Counted from the stretch's first letter, positions 1-8,823 are shown. The stretch: 32,000 nucleotides of DNA from Demequinaceae bacterium (GCA_965250005.1 OZ252279.1:1230001-1262000), one strand, 5' to 3'. The notes: generated by a model from the sequence alone, not told the origin. A program made the numbers and translations.

Positions 1-369
1 TTCCGGCCAGTTGGAGTGAAAGACGGCAATCAGGCGGGACACCCCGTAGTCGATGAAGGTTTCATAGACAGTGTCCGCGTACTGCAGATTGGTCTGCGGC
101 TTAGCGGCGTACGAATTCTCAATTTTGACCGCCAGCGCAGACCGCGCTACGACGGCTGGGTCGACGTCAACAGCCGAGAGCCCGGTGAGCGGCCACACCA
201 CGGCGGGCTTGGGGTCAGGCGGCGCCGACGGGACAAGCGACCGCCCTTCCACTGGGACTTGCGTGTAAGTCACGTCAGGCTGCGTGACGACCGTCGGTGC
301 ACAAGCCGCTAGCGTCACAGACGACACGAGGGCAAGCGCGATAGCGGCAAACCGCGCAGCGGGGGTCAT
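1..369 (-). CDS. DUF3048-like secreted lipoprotein, N-terminal part only (gene runs off the left window edge)
   Basis: The minus-strand frame is open from ATG 369 to position 1 (123 codons, no stop). It is absent from the ORF track because it leaves the window. The N-terminus MTPAARFAAIALALVSSVTLAAC is a signal peptide plus lipobox Cys. The later stretch ALAVKIENSYAAKPQTNLQYADTVYETFIDYGVSRLIAVFHS resembles the conserved DUF3048 core as I remember it. Confidence 0.6.
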   Translation of the reverse strand, partial: MTPAARFAAIALALVSSVTLAACAPTVVTQPDVTYTQVPVEGRSLVPSAPPDPKPAVVWPLTGLSAVDVDPAVVARSALAVKIENSYAAKPQTNLQYADTVYETFIDYGVSRLIAVFHSNWPE

Positions 370-376
370 AGCGGAC

Positions 377-382
377 AGTCTA
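377..382 (-). promoter_or_regulatory. candidate -10 hexamer TAGACT, 7 nt upstream of ATG 369 (leaderless mRNA candidate)
   Basis: Minus-strand sequence is cctagact-gtccgct-ATG. The intergenic spacer to menE is only 33 nt and there is no Shine-Dalgarno sequence. Confidence 0.45.
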
Positions 383-390
383 GGCGCGCA

Positions 391-396
391 TAGGCT
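391..396 (+). promoter_or_regulatory. candidate -10 hexamer TAGGCT, 6 nt upstream of GTG 403 (leaderless menE)
   Basis: Sequence is cataggct-ggtcgc-GTG. TANNNT followed by 6 nt and a start codon is the actinobacterial leaderless signature. Confidence 0.45.
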
Positions 397-402
397 GGTC
401 GC

Positions 403-1440
403 GTGACTTATGCACGCCTCTCGGAAGGCCCTGAAGCAGCGGTCGCAGCCGCGCTATCAGGCGATGTCGACGGCATCGCAGTCGCGACATCGGGCAGCAC
501 CGGCACTCCACGCGAGGTTCACCTAAGCGGGCCTGCACTGAGAGCCTCAGCAGAGGCGACGTCCGCCCGGCTCACAGGACCCGGAGCCTGGCTGCTTGCC
601 CTCCCGGCCGACCGCATTGCTGGCTCACAGGTGCTCGTCCGGTCAGCGTTGGCTAGAACAAGCCCCATACGCCTGCCCTCTGGCCCGTTCACTGCCGTGG
701 GTTTCGCCGCAGCCGCCGACGAACTATTTCGCTCGACCCCCGCAAACATGCCGCGGTACACCTCGCTTGTGCCCACGCAACTACGTCGCGTGCTTGCCGA
801 CCCTCGGGCCTCGAGCGCACTCGCATCGTTCACCAGTGTTCTCGTGGGAGGGGCGTCGCTCGGCAACCTCAAGGGTCCCGGCAATGTGATCGAGACATAC
901 GGAATGACGGAAACCGCCGGCGGCTGCGTTTACGACGGCGTTCCCCTCGACGGCGTGGACGTCGCGATCGGGGACAACGGCGGCATCCTCATCTCCGGCG
1001 ACGTGCTGGCCGACGGGTACGTGGACGGCGACGACTCCTCGTTCCCCACCATCGGCGGGACGCGCTGGTTTGCGACATCGGACGTCGGGCAGATCCGGTC
1101 GGCCAAGCTCAGTGTGCTGGGAAGGTCGGACTCGATGATCGTGACGGGGGCGTTCAAGGTCCACCCTGAGTCAGTCGAGCGGGCGCTCGATGCGCTACCG
1201 GACGTCGCGCAGTCTGTCGTCGTTGGGGTGCCCGATCCTGAGTGGGGCACGCGGATCGTCGCTCTCGCCATCGCCGCCGATTCCGCGAGCAATCTCACCA
1301 CAGAGAGCGTTCGCGCTCGGCTCGAGTCAACGCTCCCGAACTACGCCCTTCCTCGTGACGTCCGCTTGATCGATTCGCTGCCGCTGCTCGACACTGGCAA
1401 GATTGACCGCGAGGCCGCCCGCACGTTCGCTCTTCAATAG
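403..1440 (+). CDS. menE: o-succinylbenzoate-CoA ligase (AMP-dependent synthetase, short actinobacterial MenE type)
   Basis: Contains the adenylate-forming motifs TSGSTGTPRE and YGMTET. It sits directly upstream of menA, as in other actinobacteria. GTG start at 403 is preceded by TAGGCT-N6. Confidence 0.75.
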   Translation: MTYARLSEGPEAAVAAALSGDVDGIAVATSGSTGTPREVHLSGPALRASAEATSARLTGPGAWLLALPADRIAGSQVLVRSALARTSPIRLPSGPFTAVGFAAAADELFRSTPANMPRYTSLVPTQLRRVLADPRASSALASFTSVLVGGASLGNLKGPGNVIETYGMTETAGGCVYDGVPLDGVDVAIGDNGGILISGDVLADGYVDGDDSSFPTIGGTRWFATSDVGQIRSAKLSVLGRSDSMIVTGAFKVHPESVERALDALPDVAQSVVVGVPDPEWGTRIVALAIAADSASNLTTESVRARLESTLPNYALPRDVRLIDSLPLLDTGKIDREAARTFALQ

Positions 1441-1473
1441 TGGCACCGGGCCCGGTCAACTGGGAGGTTCTTC

Positions 1474-2349
1474 GTGGCAACCACGCCGCGTGATTGGGTC
1501 GCAGGCGCGCGACCGCGCACATTAACCACAGCAATCGCCCCCGTCGCCGTTGGCTCTGCCTCCGCTGGCGTCCTCGGCGAATTTCGGCCGCTCCTGGCCG
1601 CCCTGGCTCTTGGCGTCGCGCTCTCGCTCCAGGTGGCCGTCAACTACGCGAACGACTACTCAGATGGAGTGCGTGGCACCGACGCAAACCGCGTCGGGCC
1701 GATGCGGCTTACAGCGTCCGGCAAAGCGCGGCCGTCGGTCGTCAAACGAGCCGCGTACATCGCATTCGCTGTGGGCTCTGTTCTTGGCTTGGCCCTCACG
1801 GCGCTGAGCGGGCAGTGGTGGCTGATCGGCGTGGGCATGCTGTCCGTCGTCGCCGCTTGGACTTACACCGGCTCGCCGCGACCCTACGGCTACGCCGGCT
1901 GGGGCGAGGTGAGCGTCTTCGTCTTCTTCGGCCTATTCGCCACCCTTGGCACCATGTACGCGCAGGCCGCGACGGTAACATGGTGGGCCGTGGCAGCAGC
2001 CGCGGGCGTCGGGTTGTGGGCCGTCGCGATGCTGCTCGTCAACAATATTCGCGACCGCGAAACGGACCTCGCTACCGGAAAAAAGACGCTTGCCGTCGTG
2101 GCGGGCGACGCGGGCGCGCGGCGCTTGTTCTCCGCTAGCGTGCTGCTGCCGATGTTGCTTGGAGGGCTGGTCGCGCTCGAACGCCCGTGGGCACTCCTGA
2201 CCATGCTCGTAGCGACCCCTGCCGTGATCTTAGCGATCGCGGTGCGGGCCGGCCTGCGGGGAATAGGTCTGCGCCCCGTCTTCGCGGGCGTCAGCGCGGC
2301 TGGGCTGGCCTACGGCCTGCTGCTCGCGCTCGGCATTGCTGTGGGCTAA
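1474..2349 (+). CDS. menA: 1,4-dihydroxy-2-naphthoate polyprenyltransferase
   Basis: Polytopic UbiA-family membrane protein with NYANDYSDGVRGTD and NNIRDRETD Asp-rich motifs. GTG start is preceded by GGGAGG at 1462-1467. Confidence 0.9.
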   Translation: MATTPRDWVAGARPRTLTTAIAPVAVGSASAGVLGEFRPLLAALALGVALSLQVAVNYANDYSDGVRGTDANRVGPMRLTASGKARPSVVKRAAYIAFAVGSVLGLALTALSGQWWLIGVGMLSVVAAWTYTGSPRPYGYAGWGEVSVFVFFGLFATLGTMYAQAATVTWWAVAAAAGVGLWAVAMLLVNNIRDRETDLATGKKTLAVVAGDAGARRLFSASVLLPMLLGGLVALERPWALLTMLVATPAVILAIAVRAGLRGIGLRPVFAGVSAAGLAYGLLLALGIAVG

Positions 2350-2591
2350 CGCGTCTCGCGATCTTCGGCTTCCTGGTCCTCGTTCATCCACTCGAACTTG
2401 GTGGACAGGGCCTTCTCCATCTGTCTCGCCGCGGAATCGTACAGCGGCCCGAACATCGCGTACGAAATAAGCCACGCGATGACAGCGGCAGCCACTACGG
2501 CGCTCCAATGCTCCCAGCCAAAGAACCACAGGGCGACCCAGACTCCAACCATCAGCGCGGTACGGGCAGCCCAATACAGGAGGATCTTCAT
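2346..2591 (-). CDS. DUF4229 small membrane protein
   Basis: 81 aa with two hydrophobic helices and an acidic tail (MKILLYWAARTALMVGVWVALWFFGW...). This is the usual neighbour of menA in actinobacteria. It overlaps the menA stop by 4 nt. Confidence 0.7.
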   Translation of the reverse strand: MKILLYWAARTALMVGVWVALWFFGWEHWSAVVAAAVIAWLISYAMFGPLYDSAARQMEKALSTKFEWMNEDQEAEDRETR

Positions 2592-2597
2592 GGCTCC

Positions 2598-2603
2598 ATT
2601 CTA
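2598..2603 (-). promoter_or_regulatory. candidate -10 hexamer TAGAAT, 6 nt upstream of ATG 2591 (leaderless DUF4229 gene)
   Basis: Minus-strand sequence is gttagaat-ggagcc-ATG, within a 34-nt divergent spacer. Confidence 0.5.
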
Positions 2604-2613
2604 ACTCGACCCG

Positions 2614-2619
2614 TAGACT
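2614..2619 (+). promoter_or_regulatory. candidate -10 hexamer TAGACT, 6 nt upstream of GTG 2626 (leaderless PLDc_N gene)
   Basis: Sequence is ccgtagact-ggacac-GTG. Confidence 0.5.
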
Positions 2620-2625
2620 GGACAC

Positions 2626-2913
2626 GTGCGCGCACTCATACTCCTGGTCATTTACGTAGGCTCTACGGTGTACTGCCTCACGGACGTGTCGCAACAAGAA
2701 GACCGGCGGCCATTCGGCCTCCACAAGTATTGGTGGATCGCGGTCATCCTGCTACTGCCGTATATCGGTGCGGCCGCATGGATCCTCATGCGCATCGTGC
2801 GAGGCGGCAGTTCGATGCGGGCGCCGAGCCCCGTCGCGCCAGACGACGATCCCGAGTACCTCGGCTGGCTTCAGAACCAGCGCCGACGCAAGCGCGGCCG
2901 CTCCGACGAGTAG
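2626..2913 (+). CDS. PLDc_N (phospholipase-D-like N-terminal) domain small membrane protein
   Basis: 95 aa with two TM helices, the second being WWIAVILLLPYIGAAAWIL, followed by a basic tail. GTG 2626 is preceded by TAGACT-N6. Confidence 0.7.
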   Translation: MRALILLVIYVGSTVYCLTDVSQQEDRRPFGLHKYWWIAVILLLPYIGAAAWILMRIVRGGSSMRAPSPVAPDDDPEYLGWLQNQRRRKRGRSDE

Positions 2914-2925
2914 CCGTCCGCGCGG

Positions 2926-4053
2926 TTACCCCCGATAGAGGGCCTCAAGCCGGGCGCCAACGACGGCCACATCGAACTGTTTGACTCGCTCGGCTTGCTC
3001 TCGGCCCACCGACGCGCGCGCCGCATCGTCCTCAAGTAGCGCGATCAGCGCCGCCGCGAATGCCCGCGGGTCGCGCGCGTCAACACTGACCTCCGGCGCG
3101 TTGCCCAGCACGCTCAGGTACCCCGGGTTGTTGCCCCCGAGCACCGCGCCCGCTCCACTGGCCATGGCCTCGATCAGCACAATCCCGAATGACTCTCCCC
3201 CTGTCGCGGGGAAAACCGCCAGGTCCGCGTCGGCGTAGAACTGAGCCTTGGCCTCCTCGGAGACAAATCCGGCGAACACCACTTGATTGGACAAGTTGAG
3301 CTCGTGAACTCGCTTGTGCAGCGCTGGGCCTAGCGGTCCCTTGCCGCCTATGCGGACATTGAGGCGGTCGAGCAAATGCTTGGGCAGGAGCGCAAGCGCC
3401 TCGACCAACTCTTCTGCGCCCTTGCGCTCCACGAGCCTGCCCAGGAAGGACAAGACGAGCGGTCCGCCTGGCTTGCGGGCGGCACGCTTCTTGGCCACCG
3501 CGCGGGCGAATGACAGCACGTCGATCGCGCACGGGATCACCACGGGGCCGATCCCGAACGAGCGCCGCGAGAAGGCAACGGCGGGGGCGGACACCGCGCA
3601 AAAGCGGTCGAACTTGCGCAGGTTCCTGCGCAACAGCAGTCCAAGCGCGCGCGTTCCGGCACTGGAAAGCCAGCCGTCCGGGAGAATATGGAACGTGCCG
3701 ACAACGGTGACTTCTGCGCCCTGAACGCGACGCGCAGCATCCACCACGCGCGCGGCGAACAGCGGCGAGTGTGGCGTTTGCACATGAATGACGTCGAAGG
3801 CTTGCTCGGCGACGAACGCACGCAGTTTGCGGCGCGAAGTCGGCAGCGGGACGCGGAGTTTGTTGCCGTTAAACGTGACGCCCAGGTTCCGTGCGAGGGA
3901 GTGGACGTTCGGGATGTCGACGCGAGCGGTCTCAGAGCAGACGTAGTGGACGTCGTGTCCCTCCGCCGTCAGGAAGCCGCCAATGGTCAGTACGTACTGC
4001 TGAACGCCGTCGGGGCGGTCCAAACTATCGTCCAGGACGAGGGCAATCTTCAC
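2926..4053 (-). CDS. GT-B fold glycosyltransferase, family 4 (PimA/mannosyltransferase-like)
   Basis: Protein-like sequence begins at VKIALVLDDSLDRPDGVQQYVL (GTG 4053). C-terminal motifs are FLGRLVERKG, FPATGGESFGIVLIEAMASG. The 226 codons upstream in the track ORF are antisense to ccsB and Arg-rich. Confidence 0.8.
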   Translation of the reverse strand: MKIALVLDDSLDRPDGVQQYVLTIGGFLTAEGHDVHYVCSETARVDIPNVHSLARNLGVTFNGNKLRVPLPTSRRKLRAFVAEQAFDVIHVQTPHSPLFAARVVDAARRVQGAEVTVVGTFHILPDGWLSSAGTRALGLLLRRNLRKFDRFCAVSAPAVAFSRRSFGIGPVVIPCAIDVLSFARAVAKKRAARKPGGPLVLSFLGRLVERKGAEELVEALALLPKHLLDRLNVRIGGKGPLGPALHKRVHELNLSNQVVFAGFVSEEAKAQFYADADLAVFPATGGESFGIVLIEAMASGAGAVLGGNNPGYLSVLGNAPEVSVDARDPRAFAAALIALLEDDAARASVGREQAERVKQFDVAVVGARLEALYRG

Positions 4054-4061
4054 GGTGCCGC

Positions 4062-4967
4062 CTATACGCCTGCGTACGAGTGGAGCCCCTGGAATACCAA
4101 GTTGACCAAAGTGAAGTTCATGATGAGCGCGACGAATCCGGCGATCGACAGGTACGCGGCCTTGCGACCCGTCCAGCCCTGCGTGGTGCGCGCATGCAGG
4201 TAAGCCGCGAAGATCAGCCAGATGACAAAACTCCAGACTTCCTTGGGGTCCCATCCCCAGAACCGACCCCATGCGTGCTCGGCCCAGATCGCGCCAGCGG
4301 TCACGGTGAAGGTCCACAATACAAAGCCGAAGGCGTTGAGTCGGAACGCGAGCGCTTCGAGCGCGACGGGCGTCGGCACGCCATCGAGCGGGCGGAAAGC
4401 CCTGCCGCGGAATGGAGACGATGCTCCAGCGGTGTTCGCGGTATCGCGGTAGTCGCGGCCGAGCTGAAGTGCGGTGGCCACGAAGGCGACGGAAAACACT
4501 CCCGTGGCCGTCACCGCGATGCTCACGTGAATCACGAGCCAGTAGCTCTGTAGCGCCGGCTGGAGCGACTCTGCCGCGCCGTAGAGCAGCGGCAGCGCCA
4601 GACCGAGCGCGAGTGTCGCAATGCCTGTCACGCCGGCACCGAGGAATGTGACTTCGCGGAAGCGCCCGACGACCAGGAACACGAGCACCGCCACAAACGA
4701 GCCTGAAATTGTGTACTCGTACATGGTCGACCACGGCACGTGCCCGGCCTCGACTCCCCGTGCGACGACGCCGACGGCGTGAAGGAGTGCGCCGACAACT
4801 GTGGTGGCCCGCGCGACACCCAGCGCCCTGCCCGCGGAAGGTGGTGACTTTTGGGCGCCTTTGGCCTCAGTCGCCCGTGCCAAGTGAATCGAGTAACTCA
4901 CCAGCGCGATCGCATACAGGAGCGTGGCCCCCCAGAGGGCGGCGATGCTCAGAGCCTGCGCTGTCAC
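4062..4967 (-). CDS. ccsB: cytochrome c biogenesis protein CcsB/ResC (System II heme handling)
   Basis: Polytopic membrane protein with the Trp-rich WGRFWGWDPKEVWSF motif and conserved His residues. GGAGGA lies upstream. Its GTG start overlaps the resB stop by 1 nt. Confidence 0.9.
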   Translation of the reverse strand: MTAQALSIAALWGATLLYAIALVSYSIHLARATEAKGAQKSPPSAGRALGVARATTVVGALLHAVGVVARGVEAGHVPWSTMYEYTISGSFVAVLVFLVVGRFREVTFLGAGVTGIATLALGLALPLLYGAAESLQPALQSYWLVIHVSIAVTATGVFSVAFVATALQLGRDYRDTANTAGASSPFRGRAFRPLDGVPTPVALEALAFRLNAFGFVLWTFTVTAGAIWAEHAWGRFWGWDPKEVWSFVIWLIFAAYLHARTTQGWTGRKAAYLSIAGFVALIMNFTLVNLVFQGLHSYAGV

Positions 4968-6574
4968 TATTCCTCCGGGATGGTTACGGCCGCGATGGCC
5001 CTGTCAAGTGCCGCCTGTAGCCCCTCGTCGTGGAACGGTGCGTAGGCGGCGCCCTCCACTTTAGCGGGGCCAGTCGCCGGGGAGATCAGCCAGATACGGC
5101 GGCGCGAGCCGAACAGTGACAGCCCAACGCCAGCGAGCGCGAGGAGCGCGCTCGCGAGCAGCCACGGCAACGTCGGGTCGGCGCGCAGGTCGAACGCCAC
5201 GAAGCGGGGCAATGAGTCCCACGTGACGGTGGCGAGCCCTCCGGGAAGTTCGACGGTCTCCCCCGGTGCGATGATAAAGGTGGCGACGTCGCCATCGTCG
5301 TTTCTGACCGGTGACAGGCGCAATTCGTCCAGGACGTAGACGTTCTGTGCCACGCCGTCGTCCAAGCCCAGGTTGCCGACAAATACCTCGAATACGATCA
5401 CGGGATTCGCGGGCGCCGGGTGGAGAGAAAATGCAGACTCGCCACTAATTGCCGCGCTCGGCAACAGGGTCGCGCGGAGGCCGAATTGAATTCCGCTGGT
5501 GACGTCGGGGACCTTCACGACACCTGTGGAGGTGTAGACGTCATCCTGCGGTATGAACGGAACCGCACCGCTGAAGGCAATGTTGCCCGCGGCGTCGCGA
5601 ATGGTGAAGGCCGGCGCGTACCCGTTGCCCTGAAGGTAGACCTTGGCGCCTCCGGCGTGGAGCGGCCGGTTAACCCAGACGCTCTCCGTGCGCGGTTGTT
5701 CGCCGGGGGCGGTGACCGTGACGTCCGCCCGGAAGTCGAGCGGACGCGCGCCCAGCGAAAACTCCGAGTGGAACGCGTCGAGCGTGACCGTGAAGGGCTC
5801 GAGGCGCTCCGGGTTGAAGGCGCGACCAGGTTCGAACGAGTCGTACGCGACTACCGCGTTGGTGAACGAGCGGCCCTCGATTACGATCGCCTGCCCGCGA
5901 TACGACAAGAAGCTACCTAGCGCGGCTGTGATGATCACGCCGACGATCGCCAAGTGAAACGCGAGGTTGCCGAGCTCGCGCACGTGGCCCTTTTCCGCTG
6001 CAAGCGCCAGTTCCGTCCCCGCAGACGCGCTCTTCGCAGAGCCGTCACCACGCGCAGCACGCACCGGCTTCGCCGCGCGCTCGTCGATCCGCACACGGTA
6101 GCCGAGGCCGTGGGCCCGGAGCGCACTTGCCGCTCGCTCCAGCGCCTGCCTCGGATCGCTCACGGTTGCGGTCGCCTTCGCTTTCGCCTCGTAACGCGCG
6201 AGCGACGAGGGGGCGGCCGCTGGGGGTTCGCGGAACGCGCGCGCGTAGTGGAAAGTGCGCGGCACGATGCACCCCACAAGCGAGGCAAACAGCAGAACAT
6301 AGATCGCCGTGAACCACGCGGAGTTGAAGACGTCGAACATGCCCAGCCGGTCGAGGAGTTCGCCCCAAGCCCCGTTTGCGGCGAGGAAGCCACGCACGTC
6401 TGCGGGGGTCTGCTGCCATTGCGGCAGGATCGACCCCGGGATCGAGGCCACGCCAAGCATCAGGAGCAGAATCAGCGCCACGCGCATTGACGTGACCTGT
6501 CGCCACATCCACCGCGCCCACCCGGACGGGCCCAGCCGCGGGGCGTCGGCCACAGCGTAATTGTCGAGCTTCAC
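4967..6574 (-). CDS. resB: cytochrome c biogenesis protein ResB/Ccs1
   Basis: Start chosen at GTG 6574 (VKLDNYAVADAPRLGPSGWARWMWRQVTSMRVALILLLMLGVASIPGSILPQ), 12 nt after the ccdA stop. It has a large extracytoplasmic domain and a C-terminal TM helix, as in ResB. The longer track ORF runs antisense-free through ccdA in another frame and is rejected. Confidence 0.85.
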   Translation of the reverse strand: MKLDNYAVADAPRLGPSGWARWMWRQVTSMRVALILLLMLGVASIPGSILPQWQQTPADVRGFLAANGAWGELLDRLGMFDVFNSAWFTAIYVLLFASLVGCIVPRTFHYARAFREPPAAAPSSLARYEAKAKATATVSDPRQALERAASALRAHGLGYRVRIDERAAKPVRAARGDGSAKSASAGTELALAAEKGHVRELGNLAFHLAIVGVIITAALGSFLSYRGQAIVIEGRSFTNAVVAYDSFEPGRAFNPERLEPFTVTLDAFHSEFSLGARPLDFRADVTVTAPGEQPRTESVWVNRPLHAGGAKVYLQGNGYAPAFTIRDAAGNIAFSGAVPFIPQDDVYTSTGVVKVPDVTSGIQFGLRATLLPSAAISGESAFSLHPAPANPVIVFEVFVGNLGLDDGVAQNVYVLDELRLSPVRNDDGDVATFIIAPGETVELPGGLATVTWDSLPRFVAFDLRADPTLPWLLASALLALAGVGLSLFGSRRRIWLISPATGPAKVEGAAYAPFHDEGLQAALDRAIAAVTIPEE

Positions 6575-6585
6575 GCGTGCCGCCA

Positions 6586-7383
6586 CTAGACGGCCACAGC
6601 GAAGTCCTGCACGAATGCCTGCAGCCAGCCGGTGAACTGCTGCCACACGCCAGTGACCAGCAACGCTCCCAGAAGGACGAGTACGGCGCCGCCGAACTGC
6701 ATGAGCGCGCGGCGGTGGCGCTTGAGCCAGCCAAGCACGCGAAACGACTTCTGTGCCGAGAACGCGAGCGCGATGAACGGTGCGCCAAGCCCGATCGAGT
6801 ACGCCACCGCCAGCAGCGCGCCTCGCGACACGGTCTGCTCGTTGAGGGCGAGAGCGAACACTGCGGAAAGCGTAGGGCCGATGCACGGGGTCCAACCGAG
6901 ACCGAAAGTGGCACCCAGGAGCGGCGCGCCCCAGAGTCCAGCACGCGGGCTGAAGTGGAGCCGCCGCTCGCTCTGCAAAAAAGACACCGATCCCATGAAC
7001 GCCATACCCATGACGACGACGATCACACCCAGAACGCGCAGGATCAGGTCGATGTGCGGGGTCACCAGCGACCCGATCGATCCCACCGCGACCCCGAGCG
7101 TCACGAAGACCGCAGTGAATCCGAGCACGAACAGCGACGCGCCCAGTACGAGCCGCGGCACGGGATGCGAATGGCCTTCTGCTCCCGCGCCCGCCATGCC
7201 CGATACGTACCCGAGGTAGCCAGGCACCAGTGGCACGACGCACGGCGATGCGAACGAGACCAGTCCCGCGAGGATTGCGACCGGGATGGCCGCAAGGAGT
7301 GAGCCCGCGAGCACGGTGTCCGCAAACCCCCCGTGCCCCAGCCCCGCGTGCATTAGCCCCGTCTCAAGGATCGCGGGGATCAC
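6586..7383 (-). CDS. ccdA: cytochrome c biogenesis thiol-disulfide transporter CcdA (DsbD family)
   Basis: Six-TM protein with SFASPCVVPLVPGYL and GWTPCIGPTL Cys motifs. It has a GTGA start/stop overlap with the upstream resA-like gene. Confidence 0.85.
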   Translation of the reverse strand: MIPAILETGLMHAGLGHGGFADTVLAGSLLAAIPVAILAGLVSFASPCVVPLVPGYLGYVSGMAGAGAEGHSHPVPRLVLGASLFVLGFTAVFVTLGVAVGSIGSLVTPHIDLILRVLGVIVVVMGMAFMGSVSFLQSERRLHFSPRAGLWGAPLLGATFGLGWTPCIGPTLSAVFALALNEQTVSRGALLAVAYSIGLGAPFIALAFSAQKSFRVLGWLKRHRRALMQFGGAVLVLLGALLVTGVWQQFTGWLQAFVQDFAVAV

Positions 7384-7940
7384 GGCGCCTCCGCTGACGC
7401 GGCGTCCACCAGCGCGGCGAGAGTGGCGGCGTCGGCGCGGCCGATTACTCGCGCGGCGACCCTGCCCTCCGTGTCGAGGATGAGTGTGGTGGGAACCGCG
7501 TTGAGAGCCACCAAACCCTGGAGCGCGGCGATCGCCTGCCCGTCGGCATCGTCAATGCTCGGGAACTGAACGGCGAACGTGCGCTGAAACGCCTGTGCGG
7601 TCCCGGCGTCGTCCCGACTGTTGACGCCAAGCACCTGGACGTCGGCGCGAGCGTCGAGCGCGACGAGGTCGGGCGCCTCCGCCCGGCACGGCGGGCACGC
7701 AGCGTACCAGGTGGTGATAATCACGACCTGGCCGCGAAGGGCGCCCACGTCGACCGTGTCGCCACCAAAGCTTTCGCCGGTCAGTTCAAGCGGTTCGCCG
7801 CGATCGGCATACGCAAACTCGGTGACCGTACCGTCGCCGGATACGTATCCGGGGCTCGCGCCGCCGCCTGGCGCTGCGCAGCCGCCAAGCGCGATGGATG
7901 CGAGGATTGCGAGCGCCCCGGCTGTCCTTGCCGCGCTCAC
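7380..7940 (-). CDS. resA: TlpA/ResA-like thioredoxin-fold thiol-disulfide oxidoreductase lipoprotein
   Basis: Contains the WYAACPPCRAEAP CxxC motif. Start chosen at GTG 7940 (VSAARTAGALAILASIALGGC, signal plus lipobox), which forms a GTGA overlap with the upstream histidine phosphatase stop. The longer track start at 8096 would overlap that gene by about 160 nt. Confidence 0.8.
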   Translation of the reverse strand: MSAARTAGALAILASIALGGCAAPGGGASPGYVSGDGTVTEFAYADRGEPLELTGESFGGDTVDVGALRGQVVIITTWYAACPPCRAEAPDLVALDARADVQVLGVNSRDDAGTAQAFQRTFAVQFPSIDDADGQAIAALQGLVALNAVPTTLILDTEGRVAARVIGRADAATLAALVDAASAEAP

Positions 7941-8557
7941 GACGGGATCTCGACATGGGCCGCGGGCTGGGCATAGGTGAACCCGGTGATGTCGCCATCG
8001 TCGATGGTGAGCGACGTCAGGGAAGCGAGCGCACAATCTCGACTGCGCGGGTCGTGAACAAATCGGCGTCCCTCGACGGCGAGGCGAGTGACCCAAATGG
8101 GCAGTTGGTGGCTGACGAGGACGGTCTCGCGCTCGGGCTCGGTGGTCGCCGCGTCCTTCACCGCGGCGAACATGCGGTCACGCTGCTCGGTATACGGCTC
8201 GCCCCACGACGGCGTGAAGGGGTTGCGTAGCCGCCACCAGTTGCGGGGGTGCAGGAAGTAGGCGGGGCCACCATCAACCGGTTCGCCCTCAAACACGTTT
8301 GCGGCTTCGATGAGCCGATCGTCAGTGTCCAGCGGCAGCCCGTACGCGTCGGCGATTGCCTGTGCCGTCTGTTGGGCGCGCAACAGCGGCGATGCCACCA
8401 CACGGGCGATGTCGTTGCCGGAGGTCTTGAGGTGCGCCGCCGTAGCGCGCGCCATCTGGTGACCCGTCTCGGACAATCGGAACTCCGCCATTCGACCGTA
8501 GAGGACCTTGTCGGGATTGTGGACATGCCCGTGCCGCATGAGATGAACAAGAGCCAT
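7937..8557 (-). CDS. histidine phosphatase family protein (phosphoglycerate mutase superfamily)
   Basis: Has the N-terminal LMRHGHVHNP (RHG catalytic motif) and a later SHQLPI His. Its position upstream of the ccs genes matches mycobacterial synteny. Confidence 0.8.
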   Translation of the reverse strand: MALVHLMRHGHVHNPDKVLYGRMAEFRLSETGHQMARATAAHLKTSGNDIARVVASPLLRAQQTAQAIADAYGLPLDTDDRLIEAANVFEGEPVDGGPAYFLHPRNWWRLRNPFTPSWGEPYTEQRDRMFAAVKDAATTEPERETVLVSHQLPIWVTRLAVEGRRFVHDPRSRDCALASLTSLTIDDGDITGFTYAQPAAHVEIPS

Positions 8558-8574
8558 GTGCTTAGTCTTGCAAA

Positions 8575-8811
8575 TCAGCGGAGCGCCAGGCGCAACCGGT
8601 CGGCATCAATGGTCCAAAAGCCCTGCTCGACGCCGTCGACGGTGACGACCGGAGCCATCTCGCCATACTTGACCGCGAGTCCAGGCACGGCGTCAATGTC
8701 CACTTCTTGCCACGGCGTGCGCTCCTCCGCGCAGGTTTGCGCGACGATCGGCCGGGCCTCATCGCACAGATGACAGCCTTGGCGGGTAAAGAAAATGACG
8801 CGCGCGCTCAC
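8575..8811 (-). CDS. glutaredoxin-like protein (DUF836/thioredoxin fold)
   Basis: 78 aa with RQGCHLCDE CxxC near the N-terminus. GTG 8811 is preceded by TATCCT-N6. Confidence 0.7.
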   Translation of the reverse strand: MSARVIFFTRQGCHLCDEARPIVAQTCAEERTPWQEVDIDAVPGLAVKYGEMAPVVTVDGVEQGFWTIDADRLRLALR

Positions 8812-8817
8812 CCGCTA

Positions 8818-8823
8818 AGGATA
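8818..8823 (-). promoter_or_regulatory. candidate -10 hexamer TATCCT, 6 nt upstream of GTG 8811 (leaderless glutaredoxin-like gene)
   Basis: Minus-strand sequence is cgtatcct-tagcgg-GTG. Confidence 0.45.

Noticed and set aside
4054-4734. N-terminal 226 codons of the 602-aa track ORF 2926..4734
   Set aside because: This part is antisense to the clearly real ccsB gene and is Arg/Gly-rich off-frame-looking text. GT-like sequence only starts at VKIALVLDD (GTG 4053).
6575-7243. N-terminal extension of the 758-aa track ORF 4967..7243
   Set aside because: It overlaps the ccdA gene in another frame and has Arg-rich low-complexity content. ResB-like sequence starts near GTG 6574, just after the ccdA stop.
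7941-8096. Longer start (8096) for the ResA/TlpA-like gene
   Set aside because: It would overlap the histidine phosphatase gene by about 160 nt. GTG 7940 gives a clean lipoprotein signal and a GTGA coupling overlap.
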